The notes: a model not told the origin generated them from the letters alone. Numbered from the stretch's first letter, positions 52,393 to 63,367 are shown. The stretch: DNA of 64,000 bases from an uncultured Acidobacteriota bacterium (GCA_963847075.1 CAWJYL010000002.1:663504-727503); one strand, 5' to 3'. Translations and numbers: made by a program.

Positions 52393-54063
52393 TCAGAACA
52401 GTCCGGACACGCGCCCTGCCGCGTCGACGTCGATCGTCTCGGCAGCCGGCTTCTTCGGCAGGCCCGGCATCGTCATGATGTCTCCGCAAATCGCAACGAC
52501 GAACCCCGCGCCGGCAAAGAGCCGCGTCCTGTCCACGTGCAGGGTGAAGCCGGAAGGCCGCCCGCCTTTCTTCGGATCGTCTGAAAACGAGTACGGGGTC
52601 TTCGCGATGTTGATCGGGAGATTGCCGAAGCCGTGCTTCTCGTACCGGGCCAGGCGGCTCTCGGCCTCCTTCGAGAAGGAGACTCCGCCGGCGCCATAGA
52701 GCCGCCGCGCGACGATCTCGATCTTCTCGGCCAGCGGCCGGTCCCACGGGTAGAGCGGCCGGTACCGCGCCGTGCCCTGGTCGATCTCCTCGAGCACCGC
52801 GCGGGCGAGGTCTTCGCCCCCCGCGCCGCCGCGCGTGAAGACTTCCGACAGGGCGACCTTCGCGTCGAGCTCGGCACACCGCCTCTCGAGAAAGGCGATC
52901 TCGGCCGCGGAGTCGCTCGGAAAGCGGTTGATGGCAACGACGGCGGGGAGGCCGAAAATCCGCACGTTGTCCAGGTGCCGCTCGAGGTTCAGCATGCCCC
53001 GCGAGAGGGCCGCGAGATCCTCTTCTCCGAGCGCGCTCTTGGGCGCGCCCCCGTGCATCTTGAGAGCTCGCACCGTGGCGACGAGCACTACCACGGACGG
53101 CCACATGTCGCCGTAGGCGCACTTGATGTCCAGGAACTTCTCGCCGCCCAGATCGAATCCGAACCCCGCCTCGGTCACCGCGATGTCGCCGTAGCGCATC
53201 GCGATACGCGTGGCCAGGATGGAGTTGCACCCATGCGCGATGTTCGCGAAGGGGCCTCCGTGTATCAGGGCCGGCGTGCCTTCCAGCGTCTGGACGAGAT
53301 TCGGATGGATGGCGTCCTTCAGAAGGGCCGCCATGGCGCCGTTGGCCCTGAGGTCGCGGGCGCGCACCGGCTCGGCGTCCCTCGTGTAGCCGGCGACGAT
53401 CGCGCCGCAGCGCTCCTTGAGGTCGGCGAGGTCGCGCGCCAGGCAAAGAATCGCCATGACCTCCGAGGCCACCGTGATGTCGAAGCCCGTCTCGCGCGGC
53501 ACGCCGTTGATCTTGCCGCCGAGGCCGATGACCGCATCGCGCAACGCTCGGTCGTTCATGTCGAGAACGCGGCGGAACGGGATGTCCCGCTGGTCGATCC
53601 CGAGAGCGTTGCCGTGGTGGAGGTGGTTGTCGATCATCGCCGCGAGCAGGTTGTGCGCCGCCGTGATGGCGGGGAAATCCCCCGTGAAATGGAGATTGAT
53701 GTCCTCCATCGGCACGACCTGGGAATACCCGCCACCGGCGGCTCCGCCCTTGACCCCAAAGCAGGGGCCGAGCGACGGCTCGCGCAGGGCGATGATCGGT
53801 CGGCGCCCCAGGCGCCGGAGCGCCTGGCCGAGGCCGACCGTCGTCGTGGATTTTCCTTCGCCGGCGGGAGTCGGCGTGATCGCCGAGACGAGCACGAGCG
53901 GCGCTTCGGGGCGCCCCTCGGCGCGCGCGATCGCGTTGATCGAGACCTTCGCCTTGTCGCGACCGTACGGAATGAAGTCCTCGGGATGAATGCCCGCCTC
54001 GCGCGCGACCTCCTCGATGGGGCGTAGCTTTGCTTCCTGGGCGATCTCGATGTCGGATTTCAT
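52393..54063 (-). CDS. fhs: formate--tetrahydrofolate ligase
   Basis: It reads [20 protein letters not shown]...[11 protein letters not shown]..., full length. Confidence 0.95.
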   Translation of the reverse strand: MKSDIEIAQEAKLRPIEEVAREAGIHPEDFIPYGRDKAKVSINAIARAEGRPEAPLVLVSAITPTPAGEGKSTTTVGLGQALRRLGRRPIIALREPSLGPCFGVKGGAAGGGYSQVVPMEDINLHFTGDFPAITAAHNLLAAMIDNHLHHGNALGIDQRDIPFRRVLDMNDRALRDAVIGLGGKINGVPRETGFDITVASEVMAILCLARDLADLKERCGAIVAGYTRDAEPVRARDLRANGAMAALLKDAIHPNLVQTLEGTPALIHGGPFANIAHGCNSILATRIAMRYGDIAVTEAGFGFDLGGEKFLDIKCAYGDMWPSVVVLVATVRALKMHGGAPKSALGEEDLAALSRGMLNLERHLDNVRIFGLPAVVAINRFPSDSAAEIAFLERRCAELDAKVALSEVFTRGGAGGEDLARAVLEEIDQGTARYRPLYPWDRPLAEKIEIVARRLYGAGGVSFSKEAESRLARYEKHGFGNLPINIAKTPYSFSDDPKKGGRPSGFTLHVDRTRLFAGAGFVVAICGDIMTMPGLPKKPAAETIDVDAAGRVSGLF

Positions 54064-54179
54064 CGGGGCGGGATCGTAACAGGATGACGGCGCCCCCACC
54101 GGCTATTGGGGCATCCAAGCCGCCCGACCCCAATAACTTGTGGCGCCTGCCTGTCCCATTTGCTACATTTCTGCGCAAG

Positions 54180-57100
54180 ATGCTTCGATTGAAACGGGTC
54201 GAGATCGCCGGCTTCAAGTCCTTCTACGAGAAGGTCGATCTCGCTTTCCCGGGCTCGGTGACGGCCGTGGTCGGCCCCAACGGCTGCGGCAAGTCGAACA
54301 TCAGCGACGCTGTCGCATGGGCCCTCGGCGAGCAGAGCGCCCGCGTCCTGCGGGGCGACACGATGGACGACGTCATCTTCAACGGTTCGGCCAAACGCCG
54401 GCCGCTCGGAATGGCCGAGGTCATTCTCACGCTCGCCGCCTCCAACGGCGACAGCGAGAAGGGCGACGAGGACGGGACGCTGCGTGTGGGACGGCGCGTC
54501 TATCGGGATGGCGAGGGCGAATATTTTCTGAACGGCAAGCAGGTCCGCCTGCGCGACATCCAGGACCAGCTCCTGGGGACCGGACTCGGCGTGCGAGCGT
54601 ACTCGGTCATCGAGCAGGGCCGGATCGACCAGGTCCTGTCGACGAAGCCGCAGGACCGCCGGCGCCTGATCGAGGAGGCGGCCGGCATCACCAAGTACAA
54701 GCTCAAGAAGCGGCTTGCCGAAGGCAAGCTCGAGGAGACACGGGGCAATCTGCTGCGGCTCTCGGACATCATCGCCGAGATCGAGCGCAACGTGACGTCC
54801 TTGAGGCGCCAGGCCTCGCGCGCGGCGCGCTACAAGGAGCAGTCCGAGCTCTTGCGCCAGCGCAGAGCCGGGTTGACCCGGGTACGAACGGATCTCTTCC
54901 GCGAAGCGCTCCAGTCCGCCGAGAAGCTGCGCGACGCGCGACGCGACCGCGAAGCGGAGGCCGCGGCGGCCCTCGGGCGGGCCGAAGCGGAGCTCGCCGC
55001 GGCGCGCCTGGAGGCGGCGGAGGCCGCGGGGCGCCGCGACGCCCTGCGCGAAGAGCTCGCCGGGCTCGAGTCCTCGATCGCGCGCGATGACGCCCTGCTC
55101 GAATCGAATCGCCGCGCCGCCATCGACCTCGCCGCGCGCCGCGCGGCCCTCGAGCGCGAGGGGCGGGACTTCACCGCCGAGCAGTCGCGCGCGTCCCGCG
55201 ATCTCGCCGAGCTCGAGGAGCGGTTGGCCCGCTCGGTGGCCGAGGCCCGCGCCAAATCGCTCGCGCGCGAGGAAGCGGATCGCCGTGCCTCGGAGGCGGC
55301 CGCCCGTTGCGCAGCGGTCGAGCGAGAGCTCGAGGAAATGCGAACGCGCGCCCTCGTTGCAGCCGGCGAGCGTGTGGCGGCGCGCAACGCGCGCCACGAA
55401 GTGGACCTCTCGGCCGAGCGCGTCACGGCGTCGCTCGGCCGCCTGGCACAGACGGCAGAGAAGATCGCCGCCGATCTCTCGGTTCGCGAGCGGGAAGCCG
55501 CCGAGGCCGAGAGCGAAGCGGCCCGCCTGCTCGCCGCCGCCGTGGAGGCGACCCGGCGCGTCGCCCGGGCCGACGAGGAGCTCGGGGCGATCGCCGCGAG
55601 CCTGGCCGCGGCCGAGGCCGACCGAGAGCAGGCCCGCGAAGCCGCGAGCGCCCTCGAACATCGGCTCGCAGCGCTCATCGAGACGCTCCGCGCGCGCGAG
55701 ACGGGCGTGGACGAAGTGCGCAAGGCGCTGCGGGGCGCGGGACTTTCCGAACACGGTGCGCTCTCCGACCGTATCCGCCCCCGGCCCGGCTGGGAGGATG
55801 CCGTGGGACGCGTGCTCGGAATGGACTCGGACGCGCTGCTCGCCTCGGGAGATCCGTTGCGCGCCGTGGACGCCCTCCGTGCACTCGCGGCCGGCCGGCT
55901 GGTGCGCGCGGATTGGCGCCACGAGACGAGCCCGGACCGCCCGGCGGGCTCGCTCGGATGGGACGCGGTCCTCGAGGGCTACGCCGCCCTCTCGCTGGCC
56001 GAGCGCGCCGCGCTTCCGGCGGCGGCCTTCGTCGAGAATCTCGGCGAGGCGCTCGCGCTGGCCGAGCGGCATCCCAACCTCGTGTTCGTGACGAAAGCCC
56101 TCGAGGTGGTCCGCGGCCCGATCGTGCGGGTCTCGCGGCCGAGCGCGGAGGCTTCGGGTCTTTTCGCCCTCCGCCGCGACGAGGAGGCACTCTCGCGGCG
56201 CCTCGAGGAAGCCCGCAATGCCCTCGCCGGCGCCGAAGAGCGCGTCGAGTCGCTGCGCGCCTCCCGCTCGCGGCTCGAAACGGAGCTCCCAGCCCTTCGG
56301 GAAACGGAGCGGGAGGCGCAGTCCACCCACAGCGCATTCGCCGCCCGCCTCGACGAACGGCTGACCGAGCGGGACCGGCTGCGACGCGAGCGCGACACGA
56401 CCGCCGAGGAGGCTCGCGCGTTGCGCGACGACGCGGCGGGCTTCGAAACACAGCGACAGGCCCTCGAGCACGAGGAGCGGCGTCTTGCCACAACGGAGGA
56501 TGCCGCGCATCAGCGGATCGGCACACTGTCGGCATCCCTCTCGGAGGCCCGCTCGATCGCGATGTCGGCTGCCGAAGAGCTCGCCCACCGCCGCACGGAG
56601 GCGGAGGTCGCCGCCGAGCGGCGCCGCGCCATGGAGAGTGCGCGCGACGCGCTGCTCGAGACGCGGACGACGCTCGAGCGGCGCCTGGCCGAAGCGAGCG
56701 AAGAGGACGCGCGCATGACCGGCCGCGCCGCCGAGCTCGCGCAGGAAGAGGCCGACGCCCGCGCCCGACAAATCGCCAACCTCGCCGCCCGGGAGACGGC
56801 GGCGGCCGCGCATGGCTCGGCCGTCGAGACGGCTCGCGTGGCGACCACGCGGGTCGAAAGCGGCGAGGCGTCCGCCCGCGCGGATCGCGCCACCCTCGAC
56901 GCCGCGCGCGAGGCGCGGTTCGAGGCCGAAGTCACGGCGACGCGCAGCTCGTCCGACCTCGATCACCTCGTCGCCCAGGCACGCGAGGAGTTCGGCGTCG
57001 AGCCCGACACCCTCGAGGCTCCGGCCGACGTCACTCCGGAGGGGCTCGCCGCTCTCGAGACGGAGGTCGCGGAGCTCACGGCCTCGCTCGAGCGGCTCGG

Positions 57101-57689
57101 GCCCGTCAACGTGCTCGCGTTCGAGGAGCACAAGGAGATGTCGGAGCGGCTGACGTTCCTGACCGCGCAGCGCGACGACCTTCTGAAGTCGATCTCCGAG
57201 CTGCAGGAGTCGATCCGAAAGATCAACGCGACCTCGTCGGAGCGCTTCGCCGAAGCCTTCCAGGCCATCAACGAAAATTTCAAGGGGATGTTCGAGCGGC
57301 TCTTCGAGGGCGGCGCGGCCGAGATGAAGCTCCTCGACGAAAACGACATGCTCGAATCGGGCATCGAGATCGACGCCCACCCGCCCGGCAAGCGCAATCA
57401 GTCGATCCTGCTGCTTTCCGGCGGCGAGAAGGCGCTGACCGCGATCGCGTTGCTCATGGCGATCTTCCGCTTCAAGCCCTCGCCCTTCTGCATCCTCGAC
57501 GAGGTGGACGCGCCGCTCGACGAGGCCAACATCGACCGCTTCACGAAGCTGCTGCGCGACATGACCGAAGAGACCCAGTTCATCGCCATCACCCACAACA
57601 AGCGCACGATGGAGACGGCCGACGTCATGTACGGCGTGACGATGGAAGAGCCGGGCTGCTCGAAGATCGTCTCGGTCAAGTTCGACTGA
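54180..57689 (+). CDS. smc: chromosome segregation protein SMC
   Basis: Walker A is GPNGCGKSN, with long coiled coils, the signature LSGGEKALTAIALLMA, and Walker B ILDEVDAPLD. Confidence 0.95.
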   Translation: MLRLKRVEIAGFKSFYEKVDLAFPGSVTAVVGPNGCGKSNISDAVAWALGEQSARVLRGDTMDDVIFNGSAKRRPLGMAEVILTLAASNGDSEKGDEDGTLRVGRRVYRDGEGEYFLNGKQVRLRDIQDQLLGTGLGVRAYSVIEQGRIDQVLSTKPQDRRRLIEEAAGITKYKLKKRLAEGKLEETRGNLLRLSDIIAEIERNVTSLRRQASRAARYKEQSELLRQRRAGLTRVRTDLFREALQSAEKLRDARRDREAEAAAALGRAEAELAAARLEAAEAAGRRDALREELAGLESSIARDDALLESNRRAAIDLAARRAALEREGRDFTAEQSRASRDLAELEERLARSVAEARAKSLAREEADRRASEAAARCAAVERELEEMRTRALVAAGERVAARNARHEVDLSAERVTASLGRLAQTAEKIAADLSVREREAAEAESEAARLLAAAVEATRRVARADEELGAIAASLAAAEADREQAREAASALEHRLAALIETLRARETGVDEVRKALRGAGLSEHGALSDRIRPRPGWEDAVGRVLGMDSDALLASGDPLRAVDALRALAAGRLVRADWRHETSPDRPAGSLGWDAVLEGYAALSLAERAALPAAAFVENLGEALALAERHPNLVFVTKALEVVRGPIVRVSRPSAEASGLFALRRDEEALSRRLEEARNALAGAEERVESLRASRSRLETELPALRETEREAQSTHSAFAARLDERLTERDRLRRERDTTAEEARALRDDAAGFETQRQALEHEERRLATTEDAAHQRIGTLSASLSEARSIAMSAAEELAHRRTEAEVAAERRRAMESARDALLETRTTLERRLAEASEEDARMTGRAAELAQEEADARARQIANLAARETAAAAHGSAVETARVATTRVESGEASARADRATLDAAREARFEAEVTATRSSSDLDHLVAQAREEFGVEPDTLEAPADVTPEGLAALETEVAELTASLERLGPVNVLAFEEHKEMSERLTFLTAQRDDLLKSISELQESIRKINATSSERFAEAFQAINENFKGMFERLFEGGAAEMKLLDENDMLESGIEIDAHPPGKRNQSILLLSGGEKALTAIALLMAIFRFKPSPFCILDEVDAPLDEANIDRFTKLLRDMTEETQFIAITHNKRTMETADVMYGVTMEEPGCSKIVSVKFD

Positions 57690-57750
57690 AACCACCGCAA
57701 GCCGCGCGGTTTGACGTCAGAACGCCCTTTCCGTAAGATCCGCGCTCCGG

Positions 57751-57826
57751 GCCGATGTAGCTCAGTTGGTAGAGCAGCGGTTTCGTAAACCGCAGGTCAC
57801 CGGTTCAAGTCCGGTCATCGGCTCCA
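57751..57826 (+). tRNA. tRNA-Thr (anticodon CGT)
   Basis: The acceptor stem is GCCGATG/CATCGGC, the anticodon loop is TTCGTAA, the T-loop is GGTTCAAGTCC, and CCA is encoded. Confidence 0.9.
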
Positions 57827-58392
57827 TCGCGTCAATCCCTTAGCGAATCGGTGGACTTACCCGGTTCCGCCCGATGCTTTGACGGTGCGCTTGACGGGGA
57901 AAGATTCGGTTGGAAAGCCATGCGAGGAACAGTCGATATCGGCTAATGGCGGAGAGGCCGAAGAACGGGCTTCATCCCTCTTCATCCCTTCTTCATCCTT
58001 AGGATTCCGGGATTCGTCCTTGTCGGAAGCAGCTGTCGGAGTTCCGTTGTCCAAGCCACCTTCGACTTTATCCACGAGCCGAAGCGTGCCGGACCTTGAC
58101 AAGGACTGCACCGGAGGAGAAAACTGCCGGGCGCTCGGTGGTCTTGCCCGCCGCAGCTTTTCGCATCGGCGGGCGCCTCGCATCAGAGACACGACGCTTC
58201 AGCGGGGAGTCAGTGAACCGCAAGACAAATTCTCGATCGTTTTTGAGCCTTCTGAACTCGAGCCGCTTGGCTCCGTTCTCATTGCCGAAGAAGAATGTGG
58301 ACGGTAGCCAGCCTGCCAATTTCCGATCGAAGGGTTGGGGTCTCGGTGAAACCCCATTTGATTCAAATATAAGGTGTCTAAAGGAGGACTCC

Positions 58393-60000
58393 ATGAAAGG
58401 TGGATACTTTCGGATTCTCAGGATACTGGCGGTTGTTTTGCTCGCGTCGCTGGCTCGACCCGGCCTTGGCCGCGCACAATCCTTCCGGCTTAAACCCCTA
58501 CCGCCGAAGAAGAACACGACCGCCGCAGTGAAACATACGAATGCTCTCGCTCTCGCCGCCCCGCTGGCGCCGTGGCAATTGCTGGTGAACCAACCTCCGG
58601 TAGTTGATTATTTCGATTGCGGCCCGGGTAGCCCGGTGTTGCTGACGGACGGCACCGTGATGCTGCAGGACCACGGCTGCCAGGATTGGTGGAAGCTCAC
58701 CCCCGACCAGTTCGGCAGCTACGTGAACGGAACCTGGACTCAGTTAGCCTCGCTGTCCGGCGGCTACAGCCCGCTGTATCACTCGACGGCCGTTCTCCCC
58801 GACGGCCGGGTCATCATCGAGGGCGGCGAATACAACTTCCTGCAACCGCGGTGGACCGCCCTGGGCGCAATTTATGACCCATTGGCCGATATGTGGACGT
58901 CGGTCGCTCCTCCTCCGTTCTTCGGGGGCTTCGGACCCTTTGCGCAGACGATCGGCGATGCGCAGGCCATCGTTCTTTCCGACGGAACCTACATGCAGGC
59001 CAATTGCTGCACCCGAGACGAGGCTCTGCTCGATCCCAAGACTCTCACCTGGACGCCCACCGGCGCGGGCAAGTTCGATATCCACGATGAAGAAGGGTGG
59101 ACGCTGTTGCCCAACAAGAAGGTGCTGACAGTCGATGCCTACGTGGGTCAATACGACCCGACGGGCACGAACTTTGAGCTGTACAACCCCGCGTCGGGCA
59201 AGTGGACGAGTCCCGGCGGAGGCACGCGTGTGCAGCTCTGGGACTCCGCGGCGGATTGCGGCGGAGCGAATGCCGAGTCGGCTGAGGTTGGCCCCGCGGT
59301 CTTGATGCCCGACGGGAGCGTCTTCGCCACGGGAGCCAACAGCTGCGGCGCTGCTCACACCGCGATTTACAAGGGAAGCTGGAAGGCGGGTCCGGATTTC
59401 CCCGAGAACCTCGGCATCGCCGATGGTCCCGCCGCGCTCGAGCCCAACGGGAAGGTTCTGATGATGGCGAGCCCAACGGTCTTCAACGCGCCCTCGACCT
59501 TCTTCGAGTGGGACGGGAATAACCTGACGACGGCTCCACCCGCTCCGAACGCTGACAACGACTCATCGTTCTACGGCAACATGCTGGTCCTTCCCACGGG
59601 ACAGATTCTGTTCACCGACTTCTTCTTTGTCTCGGTTTACAACCCAACGGGAACCTACAATCCGGCTTGGCAGCCGAGCATCCAGAAAGCCCCTAAGACG
59701 GTGAGTCCGGGAGGGTCGTACGTTATCTCCGGACATCTTTTCAACGGAATGTCGCAGGGAGCGGCTTACGGGGACGATTCTCAAGGCGCCACGAATTACC
59801 CGATCGTCCGCATCACAAACAACGCAACCGGCCACGTTTTCTACAGCCGGACGCACGACCACAGCAGCATGGCCGTCGCATTCAACGGCGTCGTGTCGAC
59901 CCAATTCGATGTGCCGGCTAACCAGGAGACGGGCCCGAGCAAGCTCGAGGTCGTCACTAACGGCATTCCTTCGAAGCCGTTCGACGTCAACGTGCAGTAG
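58393..60000 (+). CDS. secreted kelch-type beta-propeller protein with C-terminal Ig-like domain (galactose/glyoxal-oxidase-like architecture)
   Basis: AAGGAGG lies 6 nt before the ATG. It has a signal peptide, repeated LPDGxV / LxDGT / LMPDGSV blade motifs, and a C-terminal SKLEVVTNGIPSKPFDVNV. Confidence 0.55.
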   Translation: MKGGYFRILRILAVVLLASLARPGLGRAQSFRLKPLPPKKNTTAAVKHTNALALAAPLAPWQLLVNQPPVVDYFDCGPGSPVLLTDGTVMLQDHGCQDWWKLTPDQFGSYVNGTWTQLASLSGGYSPLYHSTAVLPDGRVIIEGGEYNFLQPRWTALGAIYDPLADMWTSVAPPPFFGGFGPFAQTIGDAQAIVLSDGTYMQANCCTRDEALLDPKTLTWTPTGAGKFDIHDEEGWTLLPNKKVLTVDAYVGQYDPTGTNFELYNPASGKWTSPGGGTRVQLWDSAADCGGANAESAEVGPAVLMPDGSVFATGANSCGAAHTAIYKGSWKAGPDFPENLGIADGPAALEPNGKVLMMASPTVFNAPSTFFEWDGNNLTTAPPAPNADNDSSFYGNMLVLPTGQILFTDFFFVSVYNPTGTYNPAWQPSIQKAPKTVSPGGSYVISGHLFNGMSQGAAYGDDSQGATNYPIVRITNNATGHVFYSRTHDHSSMAVAFNGVVSTQFDVPANQETGPSKLEVVTNGIPSKPFDVNVQ

Positions 60001-60214
60001 GCTCGGAGCAGTATCGAGTCGGTCGTTCTTCGGAGGTCCCTGCATCTTCCCGGCAAGGAGGGGAGACAAGGACCTCCTTTTTCTACCCACGTGGCGCTGC
60101 AGAATGAACGTCGACATTGAGTCCACTTGCATTCTGCCCCTTCGATTCCACGGGATACCACTCTGTCTCACGCAACGCCGACGGCCCGCCGCAGGGTCTC
60201 GCTCATCGATGCAT

Positions 60215-60256
60215 TTTTCGTATTCGTAACGGAAGGTCACCGGTTCATCGGCTCCA
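60215..60256 (+). repeat. direct repeat of the tRNA-Thr 3' half (anticodon loop to acceptor end) with a 10-nt internal deletion
   Basis: ttttcgtattcgtaacggaaggtcaccggttcatcggctcca matches tRNA tttcgtaaaccgcaggtcaccggttcaAGTCCGGTCAtcggctcca. Confidence 0.7.
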
Positions 60257-60368
60257 CGGACTCTTCACGGGTCAGCCGTCGGTTGCGGTCGCGCCGTCGA
60301 GCACCCTTCCCCCACCGTTTCATCACGCCAATGGACCTGACCGCCCAACGATAGAGTGAGCGCGAGGC

Positions 60369-61589
60369 ATGCGACGCGTCGTCGTGGTCGGGGCGGGGGC
60401 GGCGGGGACGATGGCGGCGATTTTCGCGGCCTCGTCCGATGCCGAGACGCTCCTGCTCGAGCGCACCCCGGACGGTGGGCGCAAGATCCTGATCAGCGGC
60501 GGCGGACGGTGCAACATCCTTCCCGCGCGCGTCGACGAATCCCGCTTCGTCACCGACTCGTCTCCGAACACGCTGAAGAAGCTCTTGCGCTCCTGGCCTC
60601 TCTCGGAGCAGATCGCGTTCTTCGAGGCCGAGGTCGGGCTCCCGCTCGTCGAGGAGCCAGAATCGGGCAAGCTCTTCCCCGTTTCGCAGAAAGCCCGGGA
60701 CGTACGCGACAATCTCCTCGCGCTCGCGGCCCGGCGCGGCGCGAGATTCCTCCCGAACGCGACGGTAACGGGCCTCGTTCCCGCGGGCGGGCGCTGGCGC
60801 GTCGAGAGAGAGGCGGCGGTGGCGCTCGAGGCGGATGCCGTCGTCGTCGCGACGGGCGGTCTTTCCATCCCGAAGTCCGGCAGCGATGGGATGGGACTGA
60901 AGATCCTCCGGGGCCTCGGGCACACGGTGCACCCGTTGTACGCGGCTCTGACTCCGTTGACCGCCTCCGGCACCCCTTTCGCGCATCTCGCCGGCTTGTC
61001 CCTTCCCGTCACGATCACGGCCCGGGACAGCGACCGCCGCGCCACGGCGAGCGGAGGCTTCCTCTTCACGCACCGGGGGTACAGCGGCCCGGCGGTCCTC
61101 GACGTCTCGCATGTCGCAGTCCGTTCCGCGGCACCGGGCGCGGTTCCCGCGGACTTGCGCGTGCGATGGAGCCCGGTCGACGCCGCCGACTGGGAAGCGC
61201 GCCTCAAACCCGGCGGAGCGCGCACCGTCGCGGGAGTGCTCCACCGCGAGCTTCCGGATCGCCTGGCGACGGCGCTGGCGAACATGGCGGGCGTCGATCC
61301 GGCACTCCCGCTCTCGCGCCTGCCGCGCTCCAGCCGCGTGCGGCTGGTCGAGTCGCTCGTGCGGGGGCCGCTGCCCTGGACCGGCCACGAGGGCTACGAA
61401 AAAGCGGAGGTGACGGGCGGAGGTGTCGACCTCGCGGAGATCGATCCGCGCACGCTCGAGAGCCGGAAGCACCGGGGCCTGTTCCTCTGCGGCGAGCTGC
61501 TCGACGCTTTTGGGCCGATTGGGGGATTCAACTTCCAGTGGGCGTGGGCTACGGGCCGGGCCGCCGGCCTCGCCGCCGCGGCCTCCTGA
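60369..61589 (+). CDS. HI0933-like (BaiN/aminoacetone-oxidase family) FAD-dependent flavoprotein
   Basis: The N-terminus is VVVVGAGAAGTMAA, followed by ...ILISGGGRCN.... Confidence 0.85.
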   Translation: MRRVVVVGAGAAGTMAAIFAASSDAETLLLERTPDGGRKILISGGGRCNILPARVDESRFVTDSSPNTLKKLLRSWPLSEQIAFFEAEVGLPLVEEPESGKLFPVSQKARDVRDNLLALAARRGARFLPNATVTGLVPAGGRWRVEREAAVALEADAVVVATGGLSIPKSGSDGMGLKILRGLGHTVHPLYAALTPLTASGTPFAHLAGLSLPVTITARDSDRRATASGGFLFTHRGYSGPAVLDVSHVAVRSAAPGAVPADLRVRWSPVDAADWEARLKPGGARTVAGVLHRELPDRLATALANMAGVDPALPLSRLPRSSRVRLVESLVRGPLPWTGHEGYEKAEVTGGGVDLAEIDPRTLESRKHRGLFLCGELLDAFGPIGGFNFQWAWATGRAAGLAAAAS

Positions 61590-61608
61590 GCCGCGCGGCC
61601 CGCGGGTC

Positions 61609-62841
61609 TCAGAGCATCAGCTGCACCTGGAAGCGGAAGAGCTGATCGTGCGCCGGCTCCCCGGAGCTGCGCTGTCGGTCTGTCAGGGAGTAGTCGAACT
61701 GCAACTTCACGTTGTTCTTCTTGATGTACCAATCGGCCGCCGCGGTGACGATCGAGTTGAAGGTGTGCGGCAGGTCCCGGTTGTACTCGATGGCGGAATA
61801 TCGGACCGCGAGGTCCACCGTGTGCGGAATGATGAGGTACCCGGTCTGGACGTACCAGCCATACGCCCGCACGATGACGCCGCTCGTGTCGCCCTCGGCG
61901 TGGCCCACGAAGTACTCGCCCTGGACCGAGAACCCCATCCACTTGAGTTGGACGTCCGCGCTGGCGGACTCGATGAAGATGTCTTCGCCGGTCTTGAAGA
62001 GCGAGATGTTCCTGCCGAGCCAGCCCGTGGGGCTCGCGTAGTTGGGCGTGTTGCTTTCGAGGATGTTGTCGGCAGTCTTGCGGAGCGTGTTCGTGAACCC
62101 GTCGATACCCAAGGACAGCGCGGGTGCGGCGTGGCACTCGAGGTCCGCCTCTGCGTTCCCCATCTGCCCGAGCGGATTGGCGACGAGGCGAATCATGGGC
62201 ATCACATGGTCGGTCGCGCGCAACGTGTTCTGCCCGTCCCCGCTGAACACGCCGGCCATGTACGTCAACTGCCCCTTCCAGAGTGACCCGAGAATTCCGG
62301 CCCCGGTGTCGCGGCCGGGCTTGAACGTGTCCACCGCCAGGGCGCGTTCCTGGAACTGGATGACGCCGTCGTTGTAGAGCTCGTCGCGGCTGTAGGGCGT
62401 CTTCGACTGGCCCATCTGTGCGGAGATCTCCTCCATGAACTTGTAGTTGACCCAGGCGTCGTCGAGCAGCAGCTTCGTGTTGTTCACGTTCTCGAACGCG
62501 AGCTGCAGCCGGTAGGTCAGCCTCGGGTCGAAGGCATAGCCCGTGAAGTAGAGCTTGAACCGGCGGATGCGGGACTCGTCCGCGTCGGCCACGGCCCCTG
62601 GCACCTGGTCGAAGTCGAAGCTCGTGAACCGCGCCTGCAGGTTGAAGCCGATCGCCATCTCGAAGAGCTTGTCGGGGGTGCGAAAGGCGAAGCCGCGGGA
62701 GGGGATGTACTGGATGGGCGGCCAGGGTGTCGGCGTCGCCGCCGTCGGCTCGGGAGGCGCGGCGGGCTCGGGCCCCTCCTCCGCCAGGGCTGCCGATCCG
62801 AGTATCGCGCCACAAAGGATCACGGCTTGCAGGGTCTTCAT
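61609..62841 (-). CDS. outer-membrane porin, phosphate-selective porin O/P-like
   Basis: It has a signal peptide and alternating beta-strand pattern, ending ...RFQVQLML. GC content is lower. Confidence 0.55.
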   Translation of the reverse strand: MKTLQAVILCGAILGSAALAEEGPEPAAPPEPTAATPTPWPPIQYIPSRGFAFRTPDKLFEMAIGFNLQARFTSFDFDQVPGAVADADESRIRRFKLYFTGYAFDPRLTYRLQLAFENVNNTKLLLDDAWVNYKFMEEISAQMGQSKTPYSRDELYNDGVIQFQERALAVDTFKPGRDTGAGILGSLWKGQLTYMAGVFSGDGQNTLRATDHVMPMIRLVANPLGQMGNAEADLECHAAPALSLGIDGFTNTLRKTADNILESNTPNYASPTGWLGRNISLFKTGEDIFIESASADVQLKWMGFSVQGEYFVGHAEGDTSGVIVRAYGWYVQTGYLIIPHTVDLAVRYSAIEYNRDLPHTFNSIVTAAADWYIKKNNVKLQFDYSLTDRQRSSGEPAHDQLFRFQVQLML

Positions 62842-62936
62842 GTCTGCTCCTTCCGTAAGAAATCTCGGCGGAGCATCCCGTTTTATGCGGCTTGCTGCAA
62901 ATGTAATCGTATGAAATTATGTAAACTCGCCTACCA

Positions 62937-63347
62937 ATGAAAACCGCAGCCCGAGGGCCGCTCACTCCTGCCGAAGCGGCGACGCTTCTCGGCGTGAGCT
63001 ACCAGACGGTCAAGCAATGGATCTACCGGAAGCAGATCCGCTCGGTGAGGACACCGGGCGGCCACCACCGCATCTCGTTGAGTGAAATCCGACGCCTCAG
63101 TGGCGCGGCGCCGGGACCGCGAGCGCCAGCCGTCGGCATGGACGCGATCAGCGGTCGCAACAAGCTCCTCGGCACGGTGACCCGAATTCGGCAGTCGGGG
63201 CTTCTCGCCGAGGTGACTCTCGCCGTCGCGGACCAGACCCTGACGGCGATCATCACGAAGGCCGCCGTCAAGCAGCTCGGCTTGAAACCGGGCTCGCCCG
63301 CCTATGCGCTCGTCAAGGCCACGGAAGTCATGATCATCCGGGCCTGA
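62937..63347 (+). CDS. ModE-like regulator: excisionase/MerR-type HTH plus TOBE (molybdate-binding Mop) domain
   Basis: The HTH is LTPAEAATLLGVSYQTVKQWI. The C-terminal TOBE domain is GRNKLLGTVTRIRQSG...KATEVMI. Confidence 0.7.
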   Translation: MKTAARGPLTPAEAATLLGVSYQTVKQWIYRKQIRSVRTPGGHHRISLSEIRRLSGAAPGPRAPAVGMDAISGRNKLLGTVTRIRQSGLLAEVTLAVADQTLTAIITKAAVKQLGLKPGSPAYALVKATEVMIIRA

Positions 63348-63367
63348 TACAGAAAAAGGAGAGGTTC

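Larger units (their letters stand above)
57827..60256. mobile_element. putative tRNA-Thr-associated mini-island (integrase-less), bounded by a degenerate copy of the tRNA 3' half
   Basis: A 565-bp AT-richer non-coding stretch is followed by a lower-GC gene with a strong RBS and then a tRNA-derived repeat at 60215-60256. Confidence 0.45.
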
